This document shows positions 22,431 to 34,935 of a stretch of 64,000 nt of DNA, piece by piece; positions within the stretch are counted from its first letter, which is position 1; each line of letters starts with the position of its first letter. Under the pieces are notes generated by a model. That model worked only from the letters and a program-made list of their open reading frames with translations, did not search any database and was not told the origin of the DNA. Made by a program: the position numbers and the translations under genes. The DNA comes from Lama glama (Eukaryota), in contig CM052837.1 in assembly GCA_028534125.1 (NCBI GenBank), positions 33,542,001-33,606,000 of the forward strand, written 5' to 3'.

Positions 22431-23452
22431 AAATGGCACCCCAAGCCCCCCAAAGTCAGAGTTTGTGCGTTGGTAGCAGTTCTGACCTGGAACAGAACCT
22501 CCCTGCTCCTGAGATTGAGGCCAGTGCAGAAAATTCAAATAAGCCTACAGAACGTTTCCTTCATGTATTTAAAGGTATTCATCTAGCAAAAGTATTGAGC
22601 ACCCGCTACATGCTTACAACTGTTCTAAGATCCTAATAAACCACCTAATAAGATTATATATTTTAAAGGGTAGAATTTCCATTCTAAGCACTTTGCACAG
22701 ACCAGGCACCCGACCAGCTGCTTTTATAACGTCGATCCTAACAAACAATGCCCATTCCTTGAGTTTTTGCTCAATAGATTCGCTTAGGAATTAGCAAGTA
22801 AGAAAAGTACAATTAACATCACCATTGCATGGGCGAGGAGGAGGCAACCGAGGCTCAGAGAAGGGAGGTAATTTTTTCAAGGTTGCGCAGCTCCGAAGTG
22901 ATCGGGCAGGGACTGGACTCTACAGTGACCTGCCTTCAAAGATGGTGCTTTAACATCTTCACTCTTCTCCCTCACAGACAAGAGTACACAGTCTGAGCTT
23001 CACATGGCTTGTGTGAAACCATCTGAAAAGAAGCGATTTCATTGGAAAACTTGAGATCAGCTAACCAGTCAAATTAGTCTAAAGTCATTAGTTCTGCTCA
23101 CGAGATAGGCTTTAAAGAAGTGGCAAAAACCTACCGCAGGTTTTGGCCTGTGAATATTTTTCCTTCTCAGTTGCCTGACAATAAGGGAAGTAGCCTATGG
23201 CAAAACAAAAATGATATTTTAAGTTACCATTTGATTAAATTGAAATGTTTGTTCACTTTCCCTTCACTCTCAGCTTGACTTCCTTGTGTATTAGTGCAGG
23301 GCTCTGGAGACTTCTGTAAAGGCTCAGAGAGAAGATATTTTTGGCTCTGTGGGCTGTATGTTCTCCGCTGCAGGGACTCCACTCCGCCGCTGTGGCGGGG
23401 AACAGCCACGGCAGCACGCGGTGGATGGCTGTGCTGCAGTGAAACGTCGTGC

Positions 23453-24531
23453 AGTCAGTCTCATTACTCATAGAAACATTCTGTAAAGATGCTGCCAACC
23501 CTGCATTAGGGAAAACTGAACTGGTGCTCCTAGAAGAGTCCCAGGGTTAGGTGCCTGTGAGCCTCAGGTCACATTTTGTTGGCTGATCAATATATAACCC
23601 AGTTTTAAAAAAAATTTTTTTTATTGAAGTGTAGTTGATGTACAGTGTTAGTTTCAGGTGTACAGCAAAGCAATCCAGTTATTCATATATATACATACAT
23701 ATTTTTTCTTTTCAGATTCTTTTCCATTATATGTTATTACAAGAAATTGAACATAGTTCCCTGTGATACAGTAGGTCCTAGTTGTTTATCTATTTTATAC
23801 ATAGTAATATGTATAAAACTCCAAATTTATCTCTCCCCCACCCTTTCCCTTTTGGGGACCAAAGTTTGTTTTCTATATCCGTGAGTCTGTTTTTGGTTTG
23901 TAAACAGAATTCATATCATTTTTTAAAGATATCATATGATATGTGTCTTTCTCTGTCTGACATACTTCACTTAATATGATAATCTGTAGGTCCAGCCATG
24001 CTGCTGCAAAGGGCATTATTTCATTCTTTCTTATGGCTATGTAATACTTCATTGTATATGTAACCTAGTTTTATGTTTGTTTCTGTTTAAAGACACCTTA
24101 TTTAATATACACTGTTGCTCCATTAACAATGAACTCACAGTCCACAGCACTATAACCCATGCTTGAACAAAGCTCACTTGACACCTGTAATTTCTCCATA
24201 AAGTACATCACAGCCTCTTTATGCTTCTAAACGGGAGGCAGAACTATGCTTGAGGGCCATTTAAAATAGCAAAATCTCCAACAAAAAGCCCCCAAATGGG
24301 GAAAACATTATACTAAAGAGACCGTGAAAAGAACATTTGATTGCAGTACAAGAAAGAAGGAAGCAGAGAGTTGCCTTATGTCTCAGCTGGGCAGCTCGAG
24401 GTTTTTGCCTCTTTGCGTGTGCTGGAGAGTGACCACAAAAGTGCCACAAGTATTTCTCTAGGGGTAGTGGATAAATTTTAGCGAGTAGATAAATTTGTGT
24501 ATGTGGAATCTGCAAACAATGAGGACTGACT
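23453..24531 (-). mobile_element. MER82 (TcMar-Tigger)
   Basis: ggccatttaaaatagcaaaatctccaacaaaaag; ataaattttagcgagtag; gaatctgcaaacaatgaggactgactg. Confidence 0.85.
23607..24056 (-). mobile_element. Young L1 3' end inserted in MER82
   Basis: TSD tatataacccagtttt (23591-23606) / tatgtaacctagtttt (24057-24072). Confidence 0.9.
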
Positions 24532-25528
24532 GTCCATGGTCACTGGAATTTGACTTTTATATAATTCTCCTGTGTCACAAAATATTTTCCTTTTTAAAAT
24601 TTTTTTCCAGCTATTAAAAAAAATATAAAAACCATTCTTAGCTTTCAGGCTGCACAGAAACAGCTGGTGGGCCAGATCTGGCCCCTAGGCCGTAGAGACC
24701 TAGGAACAGGCCATCAGCTTCCCCGCTGTTGAGATTTCTCATGGAGAAGGGAGAGGGGAGACTTTTGGTGACGACGGGGCCCTTCACCGTGTGTCCCTGG
24801 TGGTAGGAGTTTGACTTTTCTCACTTGGGAAGGAAAATAAATCCGTCCCATACCCACTGTCTAATGCTGAGGTGGTGAAGCAATAACACTTTTGAAACGC
24901 CACGGGAGCTTGGTTTATGTTCTGAAGACAAACAGGCAAGGAACGAGCTGGTTTCGGAGAGCACCCAACACACCGAGCTGTCCCCCTAGAACCGCCGCCA
25001 TCACAGTGACGCTGGGAAGAGCTGCAAGAATCGGTGCGTTATCTGAAGGCCAGCTTTTCCCCTTCCTAAAATGCCCTCCATCCTCGAGTATCTATAAATA
25101 GGAGTTAAAAATAAAAAGAAAACAAAGAAACAGAAATGCTGGCCTTATTTCTCCCGGAGACACATCCTTTTGCATTCAGGACAATCAAGGTCATTTATTC
25201 CAATGATGCAGCCAGCTCTGAATGCCCAACATGCAAACACAAACCCGGGCAGAAATTATAGAATTTGCTGAAGCGTCTTGCCTCCTAATTTTTAGTTTAC
25301 GCGTTGGCCTTTTTTAAAAAGAGTTCTCAAAGTAAAGTCCAGACGTGTTGAAGGAGATGGCATCTCAAAACTCTTCCCAAAATAGCTACAGAGTCAGAGT
25401 GAAAAATAAAACTGACATTTCCCGATAATCTGAGTCAGTTTTTCCATTTGAGGATTATTCATACCTTTGCCTTCCTATGCCAGGGTCAACAGCTAACCAG
25501 TGCCCCTGGGAGAACTTCAGTGTGCGGC

Positions 25529-25650
25529 ATTCATTCATTCATTCACTCACTCATTCATTTGTTCATTCAACAATGTTTCTCAAGATTCTACTGTTTACCA
25601 GGAACTGTCCCTCTGAGGATGGAAGAGGGAACTAGACAAATTTCTTCTGG
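25529..25650 (-). mobile_element. L2 3' end with (TTCA)n
   Basis: attcattcattcattcactcactcattcatttgttcattcaacaa. Confidence 0.75.
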
Positions 25651-26778
25651 GTTTGCCATTTTCAGAAAGTCGGGATAAAGCCCTGGACCAACCTAGGTAT
25701 CTAGAATTTTTTTCAAAAGTGTTTTCTGGAAATTCTGTGTTTTCACTCAAAAGAATCCAGGGATAGTCAAGTGACACATGCCCTAATCAGTGTGTAACAG
25801 GAAACGTCTGGAATGACTCCCTTCTTTGCCCTGGATCTTTCCAAAAAAAAAAAAAAAAACCCACAAAAAAATAAAACTTAAACTTTGATCAGTCAGTCGA
25901 GTCAACGTGAGATTACATTAGTCTGGCACGTTTTCTCATTAAAAACAACAACAACAACTCTAAATCTTGTGTCTGTGAACCCAGAAACGCATTCTCACTC
26001 TGCTCCTCTGAAACCTCTTGCTTTTGTGGAAGATGGTTTCATATTTGTTCTTCACTCTGCAAAACTTGCCTTTGGCCAAAACCAAGTATTAGTTGACAAT
26101 AGCCAATCTGAAATCAGCTGATTTTAACTGCTTCTTAGCAAATCTTTGAAAGGCAGAGGAGGTCGTTTTAAGTGCAATAGGATCTGTCGTTGTCAAGAGC
26201 CAACTAATGCCGGGGTTTCCATCAAGGAATAAGGGACCCAGGGCTGGGAGTCTGGCCTGTTCAGCCCCAAGGGCGGCCATTCCATTTGCCAGATTTCTTT
26301 CTCAGAAAGTGCATTTTAAAAGGAGGCACACAGATAGCCCTGGGTCACTTTCTGAAACCCAAGAAGCCAGATCTCTCCTTGACAACGCCTACAGCTGCGC
26401 CTCCTCTGTCTCATTCCTTGGGGCTGTCTGAAGCACTGGGTGGGAGCAGAAGACCCCTGATCGTGAGCCCATTAGCAGATTCTAGAGGATTCTTCAATAA
26501 TCACTTCTGTTTACTGTGGTTGAAAAACTTAACGTCAGAGTTCCAGTCACCCCACACCCAGTGTCTCACAGAAGCAGGTTGCAATATGAATTTTATTACT
26601 TGGCACATTTGTGGGTAATGCCCCAAGCTGGTGAGAATCTAAAGGGGTCACTCCCTTAGCTTGTGGGAGTAAAAACTGCAGTTACCTTAACAAAAGATAC
26701 AGCCCTTTTGGAGGCAGGCTTGTAATGCGCATCAGAATGTAAAATCACACGTACTCAACCCAACAATTCTCTTTAGAG

Positions 26779-27070
26779 CAGGGGGCCCGAAAACTACCTC
26801 CCACAGCCTGTTCTTGTGCAGCACGAGCTAAGAACGGTCGTTATATGTTTATATGACTGGGAGAAAAATGATGAGGAGAAGCCTGTTTCATGGCACATGA
26901 AAACTGTATGAAATTCACTTGTAGTGTCTCTAAGTAAAGTTTTATTGACACACAACCATGACTAGTTGTTTATGCATCGTTGACAGAGTTGAGTAGTTGT
27001 GATAGAGACCATATGGCCCACAGAAATATCCTCTCTCTGGCTCTTTATGGAAGTAATTTGCTGACTCCTA
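26779..27070 (+). mobile_element. MER58B within an old L1M fragment
   Basis: gtaaagttttattgacacacaacc; cagagttgagtagttgtgatagagaccatatggccc. Confidence 0.85.
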
Positions 27071-29109
27071 TATTCAAGGAATATATTCTAAGGAAACTAC
27101 AGGAAAGGTAACTCCCAACAGAAGGGGACCAGTTAATAAATTACAAGACACCTGTTCAGGGGCGTACTACAGCGTGGCTGTGAGGAAGGGTGATGCAGAC
27201 AGACCGTGCACCTGCATCTCATTCCCATGGAAACGTTCCAGATCATGTTGCTGTATTTTTAAGAAAGAAATGATGTGTTCTAAAAGAGCCTGGAGAAAGT
27301 GAACTTACTTTTTTATAAAATGATGTATCTGCATGGATGTAATCAGAGAAAGCATAAAGCAATTCATTTTGAAATTTAAAAAAACAACCCTGCACTTTGA
27401 GTTTTTTGCTTTATCTGAGTCACTTCATGGACAAGACTTTTCTTTGCATGTTTTCTTCCTGCCCCCCAAAAGGAGTTGTCTCAAAGGATCTCAGGAGCAG
27501 GTTTTACCAGTGTTTTTCGCTGTTATCTACTGGCTGATAAGATAGGTTTGACCTTTCTAATTCCTTCTTTCCAAGGTCATCATCGGAGTGAGGGGGCGAG
27601 GTGACTTACGTTTGTTTGTGGGTTGATTAGTTAAGTGTAGACTAAGTGTCTTTTAACTGTGTTCCAACTAACCGTCTCATGCAGAAACTTGAATTCAGAA
27701 CTCACAGACCCAATAATAGTCAAGGGACCTGTGAAACTCCTGGCGAGTCTGTCAGTCAGGTCACCTGAGAGTTTCAGCCCCTAATCTGCGGCCCACACCA
27801 AGGTAGCTGTGGTCAGTCTACCTGTGAGGAATGTTCCAGAACCAGGTGGCCATTTTCCCCGCTAAGGTAACACCCTGGAAGTAGCTTTCTCTACCTAGTT
27901 TTTAGATTAAGTTTATTATTAATATTCTATTTCATTAAAATTTCATCTGATTATTAATTCTCATTAGACAAAAAAGAAACGACATGGAAAAGAGAAAAAG
28001 AAGTAAGGATCGCCAGAGCTGACCTCCGGTAACTGGGCTTTCTTTTTTGGACTGTGTTAAAGAGCCAGCTGCCACCGGCGTTGCCTGATGTGGCTGATTG
28101 TTGCAGTGTGTGTTTGCTGCAGTATTTAGGAATATTGAGCGCTTGTATTGAGAATAATAAAAACAAATGGATGGGAGAAACTCGTAAGGTGTGTTCAGTA
28201 CAGAGAGGGCGCAAGTCAGGAAGCCGTGCGGTGCTGCTCGCAGGGAGGGGAAGTGGAGCAGGGGGTCATCGGGCGCGGAGGTGAAGGTGGGTGGTGGGAG
28301 CGCTGTTTGTAGATGAAAAGGTGGAAGGGCCGAGCGAACCCCAGAGGCCCCTGAGACACTGATCAGCCACCTGGAGTCAGATAGGCGTGTCATCCCTGAA
28401 CTCTGGACCCAGGACACAGAGATCAAATGTGTGGCTGTTCGGCAGATTGTCGGCGAGTGACAGCTGTGCAGTGCCCTTCTCCCGCCTCCCTCTATAGCCC
28501 AGGGCAGGGTGGCTCCCAGCTCCTTCCTCCTGGGTGTGGAGTCCCCATACTCACCCTCAGCTCTGATCCTTGCAATCACATGGTCAGCAGGGAAGCTGAT
28601 GATGTGAAGGGGAGAGAGAGAGAGAGAAGGAGAGAGGTGTGAACACTGCCAAACACTGGGTCAGGGGTGTGGGCCTTCCACCTGGGGTGTCCTCATCTTA
28701 AATGTGTTCGTCCACCCCAGCTCATGCCCCTTGCTTCTTGCAGTATGTTTTAGGCTAATTCAATAAACTATGTGATGAAGACATTGTGACTTGGTCTGCG
28801 AGCCTCTCTGTCCCATGACCTCTGAGACAGCCTGCTGGTAGCGTCCTGGGAGCTGCCGGTGCAGCAGCGCAGTTCCCCATGCTGTTGGCCCTGCAGCTGA
28901 GGTGGCTCTCCATCACCCGCTTTCTCCTCCATGGAATGGTCTGGGTGAGAGGTATCTTACCCTGGATGCCTCACAAATAAAAACTCAAAGTCCACTGGGC
29001 AAGCCAAGTGGACGAGCCCAAGGCCTAGGGCGGGAAAGGTCACTGTCCTCCATGAGGCCACAGCAGCCGTGTGGACCCCAGGCCCTCCAGGACAGGGCCA
29101 CCTTTTAGG

Positions 29110-29292
29110 GCCTTGGTGGCCACAGCACTGCTGATGTTTGGGGCCAGAGGATTCTCCACCGTGGGGTCTGTTTTGTGCGTGGTGGGATGTTCAGCAGTAT
29201 CTCGGGCCTCTACCCAGCAGACGCTGATAGCACCACCCTCCCCTTCCCATCCAGTTGTGACAACCAAAAATATCTCCAGACATTTCCCAATG
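29110..29292 (-). mobile_element. MER20 (extends to ~29332)
   Basis: cagttgtgacaaccaaaaatatctccagacatttcccaatgtcccctgg...ccggttgagaaccac. Confidence 0.9.
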
Positions 29293-30064
29293 TCCCCTGG
29301 CAGGCAAAACCGCCCCCGGTTGAGAACCACCGATTTGGATCATTCATTCCATCAGTCATTCTAGACTAAGTTCCAGATGCCTCCCCGAGACTCTCCTGCC
29401 TGCATCCTCTGAGGGCAGACACACCTGCTACACACCTGCTCTCCTCCCAGAAGAGGAGTCGAGTGGGGCCAGTGACCTCTCCCTCACACCAGGCTCCCCT
29501 CAGTGCGAGCAGCTCGGGCACCCAGAGAAAGCATTCAGAGGAAGGGATGAGCAAGAGTGACTGACTTGGGTTTTCCCAGGGCGATTCCCGCTTTAAAGAG
29601 CCAGCCCTATTGTCTCCATTAGGTGAGTGGAATTGGGGTTTGAAAACACGGTGTCAGGCTGTCTGTGGGTGAATCCTGACCCCATCACTAACTAGCTGTT
29701 GAACCTGGGCAAAAGAGCTAACCTCTAACTCTCCCACATGAAGTGGGGTCCAACGTGACAAGGGGTGAGGCTTCCGAGCCTGCCTGGGGGAGGTGGTCAT
29801 GGAGGGTCAGCCGTGAACCTGCAGCGGGACTTGTACTGTCCCCATGCCCTGAAGTTATGATCTGACTGAGATACAGAGACCTACACGTGTACAAAGTCAG
29901 ATCATTACATCACTGTCTCCATGTGCAGAGGAAGTTCCGGAAGGGATATGCCAGCTAATTCGTGGGCAAGGGGAGAAACATGAACCTTTACATTTAGGAT
30001 TTCTCATGCCCGGAATCTGTAACTTTCGTGGTACTATTTTCTTTTAAGAGATGTTGTTTAAGAA

Positions 30065-30430
30065 CATCCCAACTGAGGTTCATTCTGCAGAATATCTGAT
30101 CAGTACCTCACAGAACTGTCAGGGTCATCAAAAACAAGGAAAATATGAGAAACTGTCACAGCCACAAGGAACCTAGGGAGACGTGTCGACTAAATGTATG
30201 TGGGGTCCTGGGTGGGATCCTGGGACAGAAAGAGGACCTTAGGGAGAAACTAGGGAAACCTGAACAAAGGACACACTTTACTTAATGATAGCGTATCAAT
30301 AGTGGTTCATAATTGTGACAACCGTACGTACGACATTAGTAAGAGGAAACCCAGGGTAGGATACGTGCGGACTCTGTTCTGTCTCTGCACATTTTCTGTT
30401 AATCCATATCTATTCTAAAATGAAAAAAAT
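30065..30430 (+). mobile_element. L1MC/MD 3' UTR
   Basis: aactgtcagggtcatcaaaaacaagg; gggatcctgggacagaaagaggac. Confidence 0.85.
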
Positions 30431-30571
30431 TATGTAAACAAAGTGGAAAATAAGATTTCTGCTCTTTTTCTATTAAAAAGGCAAATCGCACAGCCAGGCA
30501 ACATAATGCCAGAGGCTTTGAGGCAACACTGGGGGCAGGACATCATGCAGGGGTAAGCGGGGAAGGTCTGG

Positions 30572-31030
30572 TGTACGGGCCCCCTCTTGCTGCTGTAACA
30601 GATGACCACAACCTCGGTGGCTTTAAAACAGCACGAGTTTATCATGCTGCCATTCCATAGGTTTGAAGTTGTACACAGTGCTACGCAGGTCTCCCCGGCT
30701 AAAGCCAAGGAGGCTCTAGGGGCGGGTCCGTTCCCTGGCCTTTCCCGGTACCAACAGGCCGCCTGCATTCACTGGCTCATGGCCCCTTTCTCCATCTTCA
30801 AAGCCAGCAGCACAGCATCTTCCAATGTCTCCGACGCTGACCTTCCTGCCTCCCTCTTACAAGGACCTTTGTGATGACATTGGTCCCACCCAGAGAATCC
30901 AGGATAATCTCCCTATCAGGATCCTTACTCACATCTGCAGAGTCTCTCGTGATGCGTCACGGAGCTTGGTCACAAGTTTGGGGGATGAAGGTGTGGACGT
31001 CTTGGGGAACCATCATTCTTCCTGCCACAG
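30572..31030 (-). mobile_element. MLT1D-like LTR
   Basis: ggctcatggcccctttctccatcttcaaagccagca; ttgtgatgacattggtcccacccagagaatccaggataatctcc. Confidence 0.9.
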
Positions 31031-31429
31031 CTCCAAGCAAGGTCTTCCTCGTCCACTCTGCTTTCAAACAGAGATCAGTGTGAGGTCAGGAACGGTTCTT
31101 CCCAGTCTGGGCCTCCGTTTCCTCAGCTGTCACACCCAGTTTCCGGAGCTACATCTTTTAGCTCCAAGATTCCTCCTATGCGGGTGTCAATGTGAAGCAG
31201 TGTTTGAAGTCTGTCTTCACAGGACACCGCAGTCCCTGAGGGCAGTGAAACAAGGCTTGTCGACAGCGACTTGATTCTCCTGCTCGAGGGACTGGACTAC
31301 TTGGTTTGATTGCTTGTCCCTCTTTTGTACGGGAGCCCTTTCCAACAGAAACTTGGTTACCACAGTGAAAAAATTTAAATATTTTGAAATCTTCCCAGCG
31401 ATACATTCCAGTGGCTTCTTTTAGGGCTA

Positions 31430-31660
31430 GAATGAGAACTTTGCTTTGGGAACCCAGAGACCTAGGTCCAAACCTAGCTTCATCCTTCACTGGCCAGGAG
31501 AGCTAGTCTCTGAAGTTCTCTGAGCCTCAGTTTCCTGCTCTGTAAAATGGGAGCAACAATAGCAGTACCTACTTCACAGGGTTTTTGTGAAGACTCAGGA
31601 GAAATCAATGAAAGCGTGTGGCACGCGGCATGGTGCCTACTGAGCCCGCAAAAATGCTCT
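31430..31660 (+). mobile_element. MIR
   Basis: ctctgagcctcagtttcctgctctgtaaaatggg. Confidence 0.9.
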
Positions 31661-32154
31661 TGAGTGTGTGTTCACTGCTCACAGACTTTAAAAAAAAAAA
31701 AACCAGAAACTTTCTCCTGCATTCCAGCTTCAATAGCTACAGCAGATAAACCAGTATTTGCCTTAACATCTAGCATCCCTTTCCCTGCAGAGAAACATCA
31801 GAGCTGCTCAATTGGGCCAAATGTGCTCGGAGCTATGGTTTTAAAACAAGACAAAACAAAGCAAAATCCCCAAACAAAAAGGATCTGTGAGATGTTTTTC
31901 TTGAGGGATTTTGCTAATGCCAACTAGCAAGGAACCCCCACACATTGGAGCAGCAGCCTCCACTTGGAGGGTGATGTTTGTGTGATTTAAGTTGCTGAAG
32001 AAGGCATTTATTTAGGCAGAAGGAGGGAAAAAGAAATGATGGGGGGAAATACTGGTCCTTCTTCCTTTTGTCATTTTCCTACACTGTGGGCTTAGCTTCT
32101 AATAAGAAGCCCAAAGAGAAGGGCAGAGGGCCACCGGGATGGCTTTGTTGAGAT

Positions 32155-32370
32155 AGTTTAGTAGAGTGACGGCGATGGGGCCACATTTCCCTGTGTCCAG
32201 GTTCCAGTTCTACCACTATCTAGCTGGCGACCTTGGGCAAGTGGCAAAGCCTCTCTGTGCTTCCATTTCTTTATTTGGTGATAGGAATTATGTCCATCTC
32301 ATAGGAATGCTGTGGTGATGAAGCGAGTGATACCTGGCACATAGACAGTGCTTTTAAGATGTTAGCTGTT
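32155..32370 (+). mobile_element. MIR
   Basis: gaccttgggcaagtggcaaagcctctctgtgcttccatttc. Confidence 0.8.
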
Positions 32371-34704
32371 AAGAAGTTAGTATTGGCTGATACTTCTTCC
32401 TTTACATGACAAGGTGGCATAATGCATTAGGCTTTTTTCATCACAAAAATGGATGCTTAGTTTAAAGAGGGGAGAGGGGAGTGGTGGGGGAGGAGTTAAA
32501 GGTAGTTCACCAAGAAGAAAATGCAAAGTCAAAACACTCTGTATAAAAAGATGTCCAGCTCCACTAGAGGTCTGTGAAATGCTCCTCCAACATCCACAGA
32601 ATGTCAGGTTTCACTTATCAGGGTGGCAAAAATTTGGAAGACAGGTAGCATCTGGTGCCAAGGAGAGTATGAGGACATAGACACCCTCATAGGTTGTAGA
32701 TACAACTGCAGGAAAAAGTGAAACAGGGGCATGGATCCCACCAGAACGTGGGCTTATTCTCACAGAAGCACAAGTGTCAGTGAGTAAATAGGAACTGATG
32801 AGGAAGTTCACTGCACGTTGTCGGAGCAGAGCCTGGAAATACCCCGAGCATCTGGCAATCGGTCAGATGAATCATGGGCTGTCGGCAGTCTGTAATGCTA
32901 CTTTGTCTTCCCCCATTAGGACACAAACTTTGTAACAGCCGGTCTTTGCTGTTTTCTGTCTTTATTACATAAGGACTGTGTATTGCACCCAGCAGACACT
33001 GGATAAATGTTTTTGAATGAATGAACGAATGCAACACTTTAACTTTAACCCTGAAAGTATTCAGCCCCTAACTGGGCCACTGAAATGGGCCAGGCAGCCC
33101 CGTAGCCAGGTACTGGTGACTGACGCTGAGGACACGGTGGGTTAGAAAGTCCTCTGGGCAGCCGGATCCTGGGAAAACCCTGGTTTGGGAGGACAACCTG
33201 CCTGCAATTGCCCCGTTGCCTTTCTTACAGTATCAACCAAGCTCTGGCAATTAACTGGGCAATGACTTAGTAAATCTGGAAGCTAAATTTCTTTTGGTGG
33301 CAGAGCAAAAGACTGTTGGCAGCCCTAGCTGCATAAATTAAAACAGTAAACAGTTTTTAAAACAATAACATTTCTAAACATGCATACACTTGAATTAACA
33401 TTCAGCTGAGAACTCATCACCAGACTGTCAACAGAAGGCAGGGAAACTGGCTGCGTGCCCCATAAATGCCCCTGACTCTTCTGCTGCAGTGGGGACCACC
33501 GCTGGCTTTTCTGGGGTGTCCTACAAAGAACAGCGTTTCGAGGCAAGGTCTACCCCTGCACCTTGTCCTAATCCGGGTTGGACATAGCAAGTTACCACTG
33601 TAGCCCGTGCAGTGAGGACTCACACAATCACTGCAGCCCTTTTCTGGAAAAAGGAAGGGTTGGCTGCAGCTGTAGTTAATTTACTTCTGATTAGTCTAAC
33701 CCTTCCCCCCTGAGGAAGTTGTTTTGCAGGAGGGGAAAATGCGGTCACAATATTGTTTTATGACTGTTTATCTTTAGAGACCAAGCGATTCTGATTGCAA
33801 ATATTTATGCGCATTTTAAAAATCTCAGCTAATGTTTGGAATGCATTTTTTTTTTTTGTAAGAGTGAAATCAGATTTTGGGTGGATCTAGCAGTTTTGGA
33901 AGATTTCAAAGTCATAACCAAGTTTTCTCTACCAGTCCACTGGGACTAATCACAAAAATGTAGCAATTAGGCAAACAAATCTGATCAAAATACAGAATAT
34001 TATCATCGTTTGGCTTTGGAAGGCTTGTCTCGGTTTTAAATGTCCACTATTAATGACTAGTCTAGAAATCTAAGTTTTGGCCTATATTGTATTAAGTAAA
34101 AGGACCTCTGAATAAGAAAACTTCGCATTTGTCTTAGAAATGCTACTCTCCTCTTAGAGAAATGATTAGCTCAGTGTCAAAGGAAAAGCCCTCAACACAA
34201 TTTCCCTACCTCCCAGGTAGCCACCATGGTGGGGTTTGCTACCCTGAGCTGAAAAAGTGACACTGTTTCTTCTAATTCTTCACTTTTCTCCGAAGGTCAC
34301 TGCCTGCAGATTTGCTGTGCAGTGAATTTCTTTGGCCTCTGAAGATGACACTGGGGAGGGCTGGGGGCTTCATACCGTGGATCTCTCTTGGGCTTTAGGG
34401 TCACAAGAATCTGGGCTTAAACCCCGCTTTTGCCAGTGGTACTCTGGCCATAAGGAAAACGACTCAGCTTCTCACACTCTGTATCCTCCTTTGTAAAATG
34501 GGGGAAAATGATACTGACTGCTCTGTTGGTTGCAAACTGGCCTAATAAAAGAAAAGGAGACATTGACTCAAGGAAGTGTGAAACCCAGGGATAGTTTCAG
34601 GTTCAGCTGCACCCAGGAGCATCACTGATGTCATTAGGCATGTGAGCTCTCTCCTCCCCTCATTTTCCATCTCTGACATTTGTTTCTCACTGAGGACTGG
34701 CCTC

Positions 34705-34935
34705 TAGCAAAGAGGAGAGACTTTTCTTCTACCTTCTTAAGTTCTGTGACTGGGGACTGTGAATTGAACTGACAAAAGACAGGTAGCAGGAGAAAAAGCA
34801 TATATATAGTAGTTTTGATTTGCATTTCTCTGGTAATTACCGATCCTGAGCATCTTTTCATGTGCCTCTTGGCCATCTGTATGTCTTCACTGGAGAAATG
34901 TCTGTTTAGGTCTTCTGTCCATTTTTTGATTGGGC
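34705..34935 (-). mobile_element. MER34-like LTR 3' stub joined to an L1 ORF2 fragment
   Basis: 34705-34805 resembles 8147-8245; then gttttgatttgcatttctctggtaatt...ggagaaatgtctgtttaggtc. Confidence 0.8.

Larger units (their letters stand above)
23296..24700 (-). mobile_element. MER58B split by MER82
   Basis: 5' piece ttctgtaaaggctcagagagaagatatt (23296-23450); 3' piece aaaaccattcttagct...gggccagatctggccc (24535-24700). Confidence 0.8.

Noticed and set aside
27935-28579. 214-aa minus-strand ORF (also 57493-58020 and 49873-50373)
   Set aside because: No recognisable domain, codon pattern or splice context; consistent with chance ORFs in GC-rich DNA.
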